64,000 nt of DNA from a virus (taxonomy: Duplodnaviria > Heunggongvirae > Uroviricota > Caudoviricetes). The stretch covers positions 45,091-109,090 of IMG/VR virus record IMGVR_UViG_3300022697_000186; one strand, written 5' to 3'. The notes below the pieces were generated by a model that saw only the letters and a list, made by a program, of their open reading frames with translations, did no database searches and had not been told where the DNA came from. A program made the translations under genes and the position numbers. Shown piece by piece: positions 9,424-18,352 of this stretch. The first letter of the stretch is position 1. Every line of letters starts with the position of its first letter.

Positions 9424-9497
9424 AATTCAATGAATGCATAGTGAATATCGTATAGAATAAATTAATTCAATGAATGCATAGTGAATATCGTATAGAA
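9424..9497. repeat. 34-bp perfect direct repeat x2 (ATTCAATGAATGCATAGTGAATATCGTATAGAAT)
   Basis: direct reading; immediately upstream of SD of gene 9518. Confidence 0.8.
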
Positions 9498-9517
9498 TTA
9501 AAAAAGGAGATAGTATA

Positions 9518-9694
9518 ATGAGTAAACATTTATTTAAACATTGTATTATATGTGATTCATATCAAGATCACAATGCAGATTTAAAGTATATAACAGATAA
9601 TGATTCAAATATATCAACTGATATAGATTACCAAGAAGGTATATGTGTTATATGTATAGATACGTTATTATTAATGAGTAGTTGTAGATTATAA
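9518..9694 (+). CDS. zinc-ribbon small protein (58 aa)
   Basis: SD aaggag; CIICD...CVICID; below track cut-off. Confidence 0.4.
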   Translation: MSKHLFKHCIICDSYQDHNADLKYITDNDSNISTDIDYQEGICVICIDTLLLMSSCRL

Positions 9695-9818
9695 TTAGAC
9701 CTAAGGTCGTATATAACGTCCTCTCTGTACTTTAATAATAGAATTAATGGAATATCAGTATATATTGTATTAAAATATCTATTCTAGTCGTCCGTTAGCA
9801 TCGTCCGTAGGAGAATAA

Positions 9819-10121
9819 ATGTCAACTAAAACTTTATCTTTATTAGAACCGTGTATATTGTGTAATAAATCTAGTTTTTATTTTAAAAGAATTATAAATG
9901 GTGTTAGTTTTTGTATTCCATGTCAAGTACTACTTAAAAATATAACATTTAAAGAGGAAAATATGGAAATTAATCCTGGAGAGTTAAATAAACATGCTAG
10001 TATATGTAGTGTATGTAAAAAAACCTATGTATTAGTATTAGAAGAGGGAGAAGAACGACCTAATGAGTTAGACTTTGTATGTATAGATTGTAAAATAGAT
10101 AAAATTGAGCAAAAAAAATAG
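9819..10121 (+). CDS. double zinc-ribbon small protein
   Basis: ORF track; four CxxC pairs. Confidence 0.5.
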   Translation: MSTKTLSLLEPCILCNKSSFYFKRIINGVSFCIPCQVLLKNITFKEENMEINPGELNKHASICSVCKKTYVLVLEEGEERPNELDFVCIDCKIDKIEQKK

Positions 10122-10145
10122 GTTTAATATTATAAATATTAAAAT

Positions 10146-10202
10146 TGTGGAGGAGTAGTACTTATCAGGGGAGGTTGATGTTGTACTACTCCTTTATCCA
10201 CA
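10146..10202 (+). other. long imperfect hairpin (16-18 bp stem) whose loop carries a GGGGAGG SD and an 11-codon mini-ORF (10178-10213)
   Basis: direct reading of inverted repeat TGTGGAGGAGTAGTAC / GTACTACTCCTTTATCCACA. Confidence 0.4.
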
Positions 10203-10216
10203 AACTGAAATGATGC

Positions 10217-10263
10217 GTTTACTGTCAGACCAGGCAGTAAACAGGTTGGAATCTTTTTTTTTT
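10217..10263 (+). terminator. hairpin (GTTTACTG/CAGTAAAC) followed by T10 run
   Basis: direct reading; end of + strand early block. Confidence 0.5.
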
Positions 10264-10275
10264 GCTAAGATTTTT

Positions 10276-10389
10276 ATACCGTGTCATATCATGCCTCTAT
10301 ATATGAGATAAGAGGACGCAATTAGCTATACTTAGATGTGGGTGTTCTGAGTATATACTCTTATCCCACAACAATCAATGACACGGTAT
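10276..10389. repeat. 12-bp inverted repeat ATACCGTGTCAT / ATGACACGGTAT flanking ~90 bp with internal hairpins
   Basis: direct reading. Confidence 0.6.
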
Positions 10390-10444
10390 GTAATATTTTA
10401 ATATAGGTCTTTCAATTTGGCATTTTTACCATATCTCTTTAGAT

Positions 10445-10696
10445 TTAACAACCATCACCGTTACCATCGCCATTACCATGGTTATGGTCATAACCATCAC
10501 CGTTACCATTACCATTATTATTACCATATCCATATCCATCACCGTTACCATTACCATTACTATTACCATATCCATCACCGTTACCATCGCCATTACTATA
10601 ACCATATCCATTACCATTACCATTACTATTGACATTACTATTACCATAACCATAGCCTATTTGCGAGTCTTCACCTATATTTATTTTAAATTCCAT
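10445..10696 (-). CDS. Gly/Asn/Tyr/Asp-rich low-complexity protein, possibly expressed as -1 frameshift extension of upstream gene
   Basis: ORF track; built on CCATTA/CCATCA trinucleotide-type repeats; same strand as neighbours. Confidence 0.4.
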   Translation of the reverse strand: MEFKINIGEDSQIGYGYGNSNVNSNGNGNGYGYSNGDGNGDGYGNSNGNGNGDGYGYGNNNGNGNGDGYDHNHGNGDGNGDGC

Positions 10697-10998
10697 TTTG
10701 CACCATCGCAGTTAATCATAGCTATAATTGTCAATTCATGAAACTCAACAGTTCCACAAGGGTCTAATTTAGTATCCGGCAGTGTTCCATTAACAAGTTC
10801 ACCAATACCTTTGCTCGTACCCCAACTTCTAATCACCGAGGCGTTTTCTAGTTTGCAGTTCTGGTCTTTTTTAGAAAAAATACCGACCATAACCCAACCT
10901 CTTTGAAGAATAACTATTTTAGTATCGCCCTCTGGTATAGTAACTGAATCCGCTCTAACATAATCAACGCCATTTAAACTAATTTTCTTTAAACTCAT
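10681..10998 (-). CDS. hypothetical protein ending at slippery heptamer T TTA AAA + TAA
   Basis: ORF track. Confidence 0.5.
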   Translation of the reverse strand: MSLKKISLNGVDYVRADSVTIPEGDTKIVILQRGWVMVGIFSKKDQNCKLENASVIRSWGTSKGIGELVNGTLPDTKLDPCGTVEFHELTIIAMINCDGAKWNLK

Positions 10999-11185
10999 TA
11001 TTCTTACTCCTTATTAACAGTGTTAATCATCAACATCACCTGATTACGTAGGTTTCTCCATGAATATTCCCTTTAAAAAAATTAATAATTATAACATAAA
11101 CTCTAAACTAAGGTTTTAAACCCTAGATAATAAACATAATTAGTAGAGGGGCAGGAACATAATTTTCCCACCCCTCATTATAAGA

Positions 11186-11473
11186 CTACTCTTCAGTAGT
11201 AGTATTATATTTGTTATATCCCAGTAGGATACAACCTATTCCGATAACAGTAACACCAACAACACCGAAGACTTCTGTCCAAGTCATTGGTTCATCTGCC
11301 GCAGCATCATCAGAAACAGCAACCTTTGTGGATTTAGCAGCAGGAGCAGGAGCCTTTGTAGTTATTTTTTCAACTACTTGTGGTACTTCTTTTTTAAGAA
11401 TACCGGCATCTTTCGCAGCTTTTGTTGCATCCTCTAGGTTCTTCTTGATTAGGTCTTTCTCTTTCTTCTTCAT
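11186..11473 (-). CDS. membrane protein (C-terminal TM helix)
   Basis: ORF track; hydrophobic segment VFGVVGVTVIGIGCILLGY. Confidence 0.55.
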   Translation of the reverse strand: MKKKEKDLIKKNLEDATKAAKDAGILKKEVPQVVEKITTKAPAPAAKSTKVAVSDDAAADEPMTWTEVFGVVGVTVIGIGCILLGYNKYNTTTEE

Positions 11474-11851
11474 TATACTATTCCTCCAAAGGAAGTTAAA
11501 AATAAAAGTTTAATATCCAACTTAGATACTAAACATATAACACATTAATGTCTGCGGGAAGATTTAAACTTCCGCCTCTTGTAATATTACTTACAAGTAT
11601 GCTAAGAGTACACCACACTCAGACATGTTAAAAATTAGGGTTATGACAATTATACTATACCCCTGGATAGTAGTCCAATAACAAATACTATATAGGCCTT
11701 TATATAAAAAGTACCTCAAAAGGAAGGACATTTCAAATCTCTTTAATTGAAGTTTCTTAGTGTAAAGTAAATTAAATAGATTTACACATTGTCATCAATG
11801 TCATGAAACAAAAGGTACCTTACACATCAAACCAGTGAGACACGGGATTGT

Positions 11852-12298
11852 TTAAATAATCTCAGATAGCTGATTAACGAAAGTCATCTGTATTTCTTCA
11901 CATTTAGTTTTCGTTTCATTATTCATATCTGAATACAAACTAGTAACAGTATATGTATATACAAGACCATATACTATGTTAACACCTACAGCTAAAACAA
12001 AATCATATAAGGAAAACGTATATAACGAATAAACATATAAACTTAATATAGCATAACTACCTATATTAGTAATAACAAACAAAGGAGTACCTAGTATTAA
12101 TTTACTAGTTTTCATACTCATACTAAAACTATGACCCATAATTGTAATATAGGTCTTTATATTTACCCACACATTTCGACTTAGTAAGTAAAGACTTACA
12201 ACTATACTAATAAACTTACTACCAAACAATCTTACTTTATTCATGATATACCTCTTTGAATTAATAATTAAAAACAAAATATGCTTATAAACAAACAT
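11852..12298 (-). CDS. multi-pass membrane protein
   Basis: ORF track; several hydrophobic helices. Confidence 0.5.
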   Translation of the reverse strand: MFVYKHILFLIINSKRYIMNKVRLFGSKFISIVVSLYLLSRNVWVNIKTYITIMGHSFSMSMKTSKLILGTPLFVITNIGSYAILSLYVYSLYTFSLYDFVLAVGVNIVYGLVYTYTVTSLYSDMNNETKTKCEEIQMTFVNQLSEII

Positions 12299-12364
12299 AC
12301 CTCTTATATATACGGATGATTATATATCCACATAATATATAACCACCCATATAATAACAATACT

Positions 12365-12526
12365 TTAATAACGAGTAATAGTAGAATTACATCTCTTATA
12401 CTGTTCATTCCCTTCATCATTAATAGTTCTACAAAATCCACTATTAATTTGTCTATGTCTAACTGTTACTACCTTTTGATTTGGTTTAACCATCTCAATA
12501 ACTGTAACAATGACTTTCTTTTTCAT
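12365..12526 (-). CDS. hypothetical small protein (53 aa)
   Basis: strong SD GGAGG 8 nt upstream of ATG; below track cut-off. Confidence 0.4.
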   Translation of the reverse strand: MKKKVIVTVIEMVKPNQKVVTVRHRQINSGFCRTINDEGNEQYKRCNSTITRY

Positions 12527-12586
12527 ATCTAATACCTCCACAAAAAATTACAATTTAGGTATAATAGAGTTATACCCATTAAAAGA

Positions 12587-12973
12587 CTATTCTGATTTTG
12601 AACTAAAATATGCTGAAGCTAAAATACTAACTACTGTACAAACACCAACAAAACAGAAAGAGTAAAACCTCTTTTTTTCTTCTCTGTTTATTTGTTCTAT
12701 TGCATCATTAACAATTTTAAGTGATTGTATATCATCCTCAATTTTAGCCTCTTTCATTCTTTCCTCATACTTGAGATCGATAAATTTGAGTTCGTCATCA
12801 ATGTTATAGCTATCCTTATCATTAAGAATTTTGATGTCATTATCTATTCTTTTTCTAATCTCACTAAGTTTCAAACCTTTGTAACTATCCAAATTAACGA
12901 CTTTTTTAGTATCAGTACCTTTATTCATAATTGACTCCTTTTGATTAAACGATGTATACCCATTAAAAGACAT
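12587..12973 (-). CDS. coiled-coil protein with C-terminal TM anchor
   Basis: ORF track. Confidence 0.55.
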   Translation of the reverse strand: MSFNGYTSFNQKESIMNKGTDTKKVVNLDSYKGLKLSEIRKRIDNDIKILNDKDSYNIDDELKFIDLKYEERMKEAKIEDDIQSLKIVNDAIEQINREEKKRFYSFCFVGVCTVVSILASAYFSSKSE

Positions 12974-12979
12974 GATTGA

Positions 12980-13174
12980 TTAAATGAATCTAAGTTCTTC
13001 AATAATTCGTTCATTAAGAATATCTATAGATCCATATGATTCAACAATTTTATCCCACCACATTTCGTTTTTGGTTTTTTTAAAATTGTTAAAATATTGT
13101 TGTATATTTGCACTTATAGTATCTATCTTTTTATGACACTTTTTGATTTTGTCTAAATGGATGTTCTTATTCAT
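12980..13174 (-). CDS. hypothetical small protein
   Basis: ORF track; near-identical upstream leader to 12587 gene (ttgactccttttgattaaa). Confidence 0.5.
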   Translation of the reverse strand: MNKNIHLDKIKKCHKKIDTISANIQQYFNNFKKTKNEMWWDKIVESYGSIDILNERIIEELRFI

Positions 13175-13513
13175 AATTGACTCCTTTTGATTAAAATTGA
13201 TTAAATGACGATTTTCCCGAAATTAGCAAAAATTGAGGAAAAATCATAATAATTGGAAATCTCATCTTTTTATAACAGTAGATGAGGAAACTGATAATAG
13301 AGTTGAATGTTGTTGAAGTAATAAATGGGTGTGTCTATAATTGTATATATATAGTCGTTGAAGAACCGTTTTTACCCCTGAGTAGATCTGAAAGTCGGAA
13401 AGGAATCCAGGTAGTAGTGTAGGTTTAGAACGTCACAATTTGACTATATAGTTTCAAACTATACAAGTATTGATCCTATATTTTTTCCAAATATAAAAAT
13501 ACTCTAATACCAC

Positions 13514-13585
13514 CAGTTCTACCATCAGTAATAAATCCAGTAATCAGTTCTACCATCAGTTCTACCATCAGTTCTACCACCAACC
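13514..13585. repeat. tandem 12-bp repeat ACCATCAGTTCT (~5 copies)
   Basis: direct reading in ORF-free 480 bp region. Confidence 0.7.
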
Positions 13586-13665
13586 CTAAAAACCTAACCC
13601 AAACTCCACCACCAACAAATCCAAGTCATACAATTCTCATCATATATAAATCTAAGATGTTTCCT

Positions 13666-13866
13666 CTAATCATCAACATTTAAAATCCGATAATCTTCTT
13701 CTACCTTAAACCCATCTCCTCTCATCAAAGTTATTTCCAATTTAGAGTAACCACAATTAGAACATCTACCAATGTTATGTTTTTCACCACTTAAATCAAG
13801 ACTATCACCATAAGGCCTTCCATACTTTTTCTTTAATTCTCTATTACTACACTTTTTATCATCCAT
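13666..13866 (-). CDS. zinc-ribbon small protein
   Basis: ORF track; CSN...CSNCG. Confidence 0.5.
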   Translation of the reverse strand: MDDKKCSNRELKKKYGRPYGDSLDLSGEKHNIGRCSNCGYSKLEITLMRGDGFKVEEDYRILNVDD

Positions 13867-13991
13867 AATAATTACCCCTCTACTACTTAAGAATTACACC
13901 ATTTAGGTATTTGTTTCTATACTCCTTACCATAGATACCTCCTTAAGTGGATACACATTGTTCATAGTAGGTTCAATTTAACTTCCTTCTT

Positions 13992-14324
13992 TTATACCCT
14001 TTTATTCATTATTAGACGTCGTTTAAATTCTAGATCCTCAGGTGATCTATTTAAATTTTCACCAACAGTCTCTCCTAGTTCATTGAAGTAATCCCTTATA
14101 GTAGAGTCGAGTTTTTCTTTCTGTAATAAATCATTCCAATAACAAGAAGGAACTACAACATATTTGTGATGTTGATTACGCCTATATATTTGAAATTCTA
14201 CATCATAATCATCTGATATTATCATTGATACATGTAATGCACTACTAATAAAAATATGATTTGTTTTAATAAAGTTTCTTGTACCTTTTGCTCTGATCCA
14301 GAGTTGAAAATGTTTTGAGTTCAT
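13992..14324 (-). CDS. hypothetical protein
   Basis: ORF track. Confidence 0.5.
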   Translation of the reverse strand: MNSKHFQLWIRAKGTRNFIKTNHIFISSALHVSMIISDDYDVEFQIYRRNQHHKYVVVPSCYWNDLLQKEKLDSTIRDYFNELGETVGENLNRSPEDLEFKRRLIMNKRV

Positions 14325-14412
14325 TTTATTTTTCTCCTTTATGTTTATATGAATTTAGATACGGTTGATGAAAATCTGTGGTAGATCTAAAAAATTGCGG
14401 GGATAAAACTCC

Positions 14413-14937
14413 TTATTTTAAAAATTCACCATTAGTATCCTTTGTAGATACGATTGGACTAATTATAGGCCATTTAATATTTATAGTTGGATCATCCCAT
14501 TTAATAGTACATTCTGAATTAGGGTCATAGTAGTTAGTACATTTGTACATAAACAACGCAGTATTACTGGTTACGCAAAAACCATGAGCAAACCCAGGTG
14601 GTATATAAATCTGCTTATGATTTTCATCTGATAGAATCACACTGATATATTGTCCGTACTGAGATGACTCGGGTTGTATATCAACTACAACATCAAATAC
14701 TTGACCTTGAACTACAGACACTAACTTACCTTGTACATTAGATTTCTGGTAATGTAAACCACGTAAAACATTAGAACTGGAAAACGACATATTATCCTGA
14801 ACAAAAGGTTCTTTAATTCCTAACTCTTCATATATCTTAGTATTCCACATTTCCATGAAATAACCCCTAGCATCAGAGAATACATCAGGTTCAATTATAA
14901 CAACACCATTCAATTTAGTTTTAATTAATTTTATCAT
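14413..14937 (-). CDS. rmlC: dTDP-4-dehydrorhamnose 3,5-epimerase-like cupin (RmlC family)
   Basis: near-collinear match to RmlC hallmarks: EPxVFxDxRGxFxE, RGLHYQ, QGKLV, GFAHGF, YxxxNYYDP. Confidence 0.9.
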   Translation of the reverse strand: MIKLIKTKLNGVVIIEPDVFSDARGYFMEMWNTKIYEELGIKEPFVQDNMSFSSSNVLRGLHYQKSNVQGKLVSVVQGQVFDVVVDIQPESSQYGQYISVILSDENHKQIYIPPGFAHGFCVTSNTALFMYKCTNYYDPNSECTIKWDDPTINIKWPIISPIVSTKDTNGEFLK

Positions 14938-14940
14938 AAA

Positions 14941-15210
14941 TTATACCCCATATTTTTTAATACACTTACTGACATAATCTAACAATGAATCAAGACCATC
15001 TGCAGCTTCTTCCTTGCTATCAAAATGCAATCTTTTTTTCCCTTCTACTAGTAACCACCAATGTCTTGAATCTTCATCAGGATTAAAACTATATATACTA
15101 ACATTCTTAATTTGATCATACCTGACAAATATTATTTCATATTCAAATTCTCCTTTAAATCTAATAAACAATTCTCCTTTTACATCAAATGGTAGTTTGT
15201 TTTTAGCCAT
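14941..15210 (-). CDS. hypothetical protein
   Basis: ORF track. Confidence 0.5.
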   Translation of the reverse strand: MAKNKLPFDVKGELFIRFKGEFEYEIIFVRYDQIKNVSIYSFNPDEDSRHWWLLVEGKKRLHFDSKEEAADGLDSLLDYVSKCIKKYGV

Positions 15211-15325
15211 AATAATCTCCTACTTTAAACATCAGTAATCTAATAATAGTATTCTTTATAATACTTAGAAACTGTAATAAGATTTAAATTATCCATCTCT
15301 TCTAGTTTATTAATCATACTTCACA

Positions 15326-15541
15326 TTATAATAATTCTGGTATAATACAACCAATGTTTAATAGTTTTAGTAATGCGTTATCTCTACTTTTTGATTTTAA
15401 ACCAAAATTAAGTTCTAATCTTATCTTTTTTAAAGCTTCTTCTTTTAGAATTAGTTCTTTTTCTAACTTATTATTTTTTTCTTTTTCAACTGCAAGTTTT
15501 ATATTAAGGTTTTTAATTTCATCATTATAATTAATCATCAT
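15326..15541 (-). CDS. coiled-coil small protein (start probably at internal MMM cluster)
   Basis: ORF track; GGAG upstream of ATGATGATG. Confidence 0.4.
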   Translation of the reverse strand: MMINYNDEIKNLNIKLAVEKEKNNKLEKELILKEEALKKIRLELNFGLKSKSRDNALLKLLNIGCIIPELL

Positions 15542-15791
15542 CATCTCCAAAATAATGCCCTTGAGTTTTAAGCCATTGTTTACCTTCATATCTTAACCAA
15601 ACTTTAAGTAATACATAAGTATAAACTATTAGTAATTCCACAACAAAACATTGGTTTTTTATAAGTATTTCCTTATCATATAAATAAATAAAATCAATTA
15701 AAGGAAGAGTTCCCCATAGTATGATATTTTTTAACCACTCCTCAAACCAATTAACAGTATGACTAATTGCAAATATAATTTGTGTTCTCAT
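15531..15791 (-). CDS. hypothetical membrane protein
   Basis: ORF track. Confidence 0.4.
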   Translation of the reverse strand: MRTQIIFAISHTVNWFEEWLKNIILWGTLPLIDFIYLYDKEILIKNQCFVVELLIVYTYVLLKVWLRYEGKQWLKTQGHYFGDDDD

Positions 15792-16166
15792 TTAATCCTT
15801 TCTAATCTCTTTGTCTATTTCTTTTCCTTTAGTTACTCCTTTTAAGGCTTCGGACGCAATAAGGACATGACAATCACAAGGTTGATTTGCACCTTCATCA
15901 TTACTTGAACAATTATCAGCACATTCAAGTTGTCTTATTTCCTCTAAAGCCTTAACTTTTCGGTTTAATTCTTTTGCTACAAGTTCTACAAAATCTTGGT
16001 GTTCCTTTTCTAATTTCTTTAATTTATGCTCATACATCTTTACATATTCAGCATAATTATTATCCTTTTGTTTTATCTCTTTTTCTAGCTGTTTAATCTT
16101 TTCTTGCTCTTTTTTCTTACCTATTATTATTCCTGCAGCTAAACCTACTCCATAATTGTTAGACAT
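15792..16166 (-). CDS. coiled-coil protein with Cys cluster
   Basis: ORF track. Confidence 0.55.
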   Translation of the reverse strand: MSNNYGVGLAAGIIIGKKKEQEKIKQLEKEIKQKDNNYAEYVKMYEHKLKKLEKEHQDFVELVAKELNRKVKALEEIRQLECADNCSSNDEGANQPCDCHVLIASEALKGVTKGKEIDKEIRKD

Positions 16167-16231
16167 TTTTATAATTCTCCTTTTAGTTGTTCGGTTTTTC
16201 CGAACAAGTCATTTGTGTAGAAATGATTATT

Positions 16232-16372
16232 TTAATTAATATTAAAAGGAAAAGTAAAACCATTTACAAACCAACTAAATAAATACCCTAAAAAGAAACC
16301 AGTCATAAACCAATTCCAATACCATATAAATTTACTACGTATAAACCAATTCCAATCTTTTTTAAAACTCAT
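16232..16372 (-). CDS. Trp-rich hydrophobic mini-protein (46 aa)
   Basis: SD gaaggag; below cut-off. Confidence 0.3.
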   Translation of the reverse strand: MSFKKDWNWFIRSKFIWYWNWFMTGFFLGYLFSWFVNGFTFPFNIN

Positions 16373-16374
16373 TT

Positions 16375-16674
16375 TCATTCTCCTTCTAATAGTTTAGTTT
16401 CTGTTAATAAGTCTTGTAAATCTTTAGCAGTGAAATCCTTATTATCTGGTAGTAATTCATTAGGGTTGTCAATTATATTGGTTAGAGACTTCATATAAGT
16501 TTTTAATACTGCAGAATTAGGAGTATTTTTATTAAAAGATTTTAATACATACTTTAAGATAACAATTTGTGATTCTAATAATTTAGTTTTTTCTTTCTCT
16601 GTTTTTAGTTCTTTTTTAAGTAGCTCTATCTTTTCGACTATCTCCTTTACCATATCTTTTGCTTTGCTGGTCAT
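16375..16674 (-). CDS. coiled-coil protein
   Basis: ORF track. Confidence 0.5.
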   Translation of the reverse strand: MTSKAKDMVKEIVEKIELLKKELKTEKEKTKLLESQIVILKYVLKSFNKNTPNSAVLKTYMKSLTNIIDNPNELLPDNKDFTAKDLQDLLTETKLLEGE

Positions 16675-16743
16675 AATTTTAATCTCCTTCTTTAGTAGGT
16701 GTTTAAAGTGGTTATCCTACTACCACAAGAAAAACAAACTAAA

Positions 16744-17718
16744 TTATTGTTTTTGTAACAACCTAGTTCGTTGTTGATAAATAGAACCTTTAGTTTTCCC
16801 TAATTCAGCTGCTATATCAGCTATAGGTTTAGAAGATAAAATAAGGTTATTCATTTTTTTAGTATAAACTCGTCTTCTATTTCCACCTCTTGTTTTAGTA
16901 TTAGTATTCACTTTTATACTATTTTTAGATTTAGATGCTGGTGAAATACTTAAAAGATGTCTTCTCCATTTATACACTACAGCTGAAGATAAACCTAATT
17001 GTTTAGCTGCTACTAAAGGAGTATTATTTAATACAATATCATTCATTTCTTCTGTCCATATTGTATTTGGTCTTCTTTTACCTTTAGTTTTATTGTCATT
17101 AATATCTAAACTATTATCTCCTTTGATATATCCCATCATATCATTAGGATTAATTTTCTTGCACTGAAAAACATATCTCCAAATAAATCCTATACGTCGA
17201 TAATCTAAACATGACGGAATCATCCATTGATACTTTCTTGCAAGGTTAGTAACAGTACCAACTATATCTCCAGAATCCGGTCTTAATGATCCCCATGAAT
17301 CAACAAAATTCATTTCTTTAACTCTACTAATAGGTGAACTATTAATAATAGGGAATGTAAATATTAAAAGACCATTATCATTCAACATATCAAAACTTGC
17401 ATGAAGTAATTTATCAGGAAAACCATAACCATCAATGTCTATAACATCGAACTTCTTTTTCATGGCTCTTAACATGTTACTGAAATCGTAAGCATCACCA
17501 TGAATATCTTTCTTCATCTCAAAAACAGAATCAGCGTGTTTGTTGTAAAACTTAGACAAGTTACCTTCACCACTGAATATTTCTAAAACAGATCCAGAGA
17601 TATTAGGAAGTACATGTTCCAGTTGTAACTGTTTAATTTTTGCTTTTGTATTCCTGTATTTATCTAAACCTGCTTCTTGACCTTTTTTCTTCTTTTTATT
17701 ATATTCTTTTGAAAACAT
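16744..17718 (-). CDS. Trm1-like amino-methyltransferase motif protein fused to tandem C-terminal HTH modules (candidate DNA MTase or terminase-small-like DNA-binding protein)
   Basis: VLEIFSGEGNLSKFY (motif I-like) and FDVIDIDGYGFP (cf. Trm1 FDVIDLDPFGSP); two repeated HTH-like segments ...AAKQLGLSSAVVYKWRRHL / ...IAAELGKTKGSIYQQRTRL. Confidence 0.5.
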   Translation of the reverse strand: MFSKEYNKKKKKGQEAGLDKYRNTKAKIKQLQLEHVLPNISGSVLEIFSGEGNLSKFYNKHADSVFEMKKDIHGDAYDFSNMLRAMKKKFDVIDIDGYGFPDKLLHASFDMLNDNGLLIFTFPIINSSPISRVKEMNFVDSWGSLRPDSGDIVGTVTNLARKYQWMIPSCLDYRRIGFIWRYVFQCKKINPNDMMGYIKGDNSLDINDNKTKGKRRPNTIWTEEMNDIVLNNTPLVAAKQLGLSSAVVYKWRRHLLSISPASKSKNSIKVNTNTKTRGGNRRRVYTKKMNNLILSSKPIADIAAELGKTKGSIYQQRTRLLQKQ

Positions 17719-17832
17719 CTGTTGATTACTCCTTTGTTTATGAAATTATTAATAATTAATATAGATAATTTATTGAGTTTATTTTGTACATACATCTTTA
17801 ATAAATAAACTAGTTTTTGATTCCTTGATCAT

Positions 17833-18340
17833 AATGATACACTCTATATCCTTGGGTTTCTAAGATGATTTGGTACACTTTAACCTGATGGGTTTCTACC
17901 TCCGAATGGTACACTTCTGCACTATGGGTTTCTGATACAAATTGATACACTTTATCTGAATGGGTTTCTTACCGTTATTGGTACATTTTATTATTTATGG
18001 GTTTCTATTGGTTCTTGATACATTTTGATATAGTGGGTTTCTATTAAAGATTGATACACTTTGTTGCCTTGGGTTTCTATTAAAGATTGATACACTGAAA
18101 AGCTTTGGGTTTCTTCTTCTGACTGATACACTTTACCTAGATGGGTTTCTACTTGTTAATGATACACTGAAAATCTTTGGGTTTCTTCTTGTTAATGATA
18201 CATTTTGATGTACTGGGTTTCTATTAAAGATTGATACACTTCTTCTTAATGGGTTTAGGAGGGGCTATGGTACACTTGGCGTCAATGGGTTTCTATTATC
18301 GAGTGGTACACTTGGGGGTTGTGGGTTTCTATTGGAATTT
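17833..18340. repeat. array of ~14 tandem 37-38 bp units with bipartite conserved boxes (G/T)GATACACT - N9 - TGGGTTTCT - N9-11; 27-mer TGGGTTTCTATTAAAGATTGATACACT exact x3
   Basis: direct reading. Confidence 0.9.
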
Positions 18341-18352
18341 GGTGCATAATTA

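Noticed and set aside
10244-10262. GGTTGGAATC resembling a tRNA T-loop (GGTTCGAATCC)
   Set aside because: No acceptor, D or anticodon stems can be drawn around it. The upstream hairpins do not form a cloverleaf. It is followed by T10 as a terminator. No tRNA was called anywhere in the window.
10417-10741. Plus-strand His/Tyr-rich ORFs (10417-10632, 10478-10741) and a second minus ORF (10426-10653) over the microsatellite
   Set aside because: All frames are open because of the trinucleotide repeat. The minus-strand Gly/Asn/Tyr frame is the one contiguous with the upstream gene via the slippery site and matches the local gene orientation. The others are treated as artefacts.
11520-11850. 330-bp intergenic region with hairpins (CTTGTAA/TTACAAG; GCGGGAAG...CTTCCGCC) as a possible ncRNA gene
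   Set aside because: The hairpins are adequately explained as terminators of the upstream minus gene and the promoter region of the next. There is no further evidence for a structured RNA.
17833-18340. Possible CRISPR array (regular repeats with variable intervening sequence)
   Set aside because: Conserved boxes are only 8-9 bp and the variable segments 9-11 bp, far shorter than CRISPR spacers. Units are bipartite rather than repeat/spacer. There are no cas genes and no leader. It is better explained as iterons or protein-binding sites.
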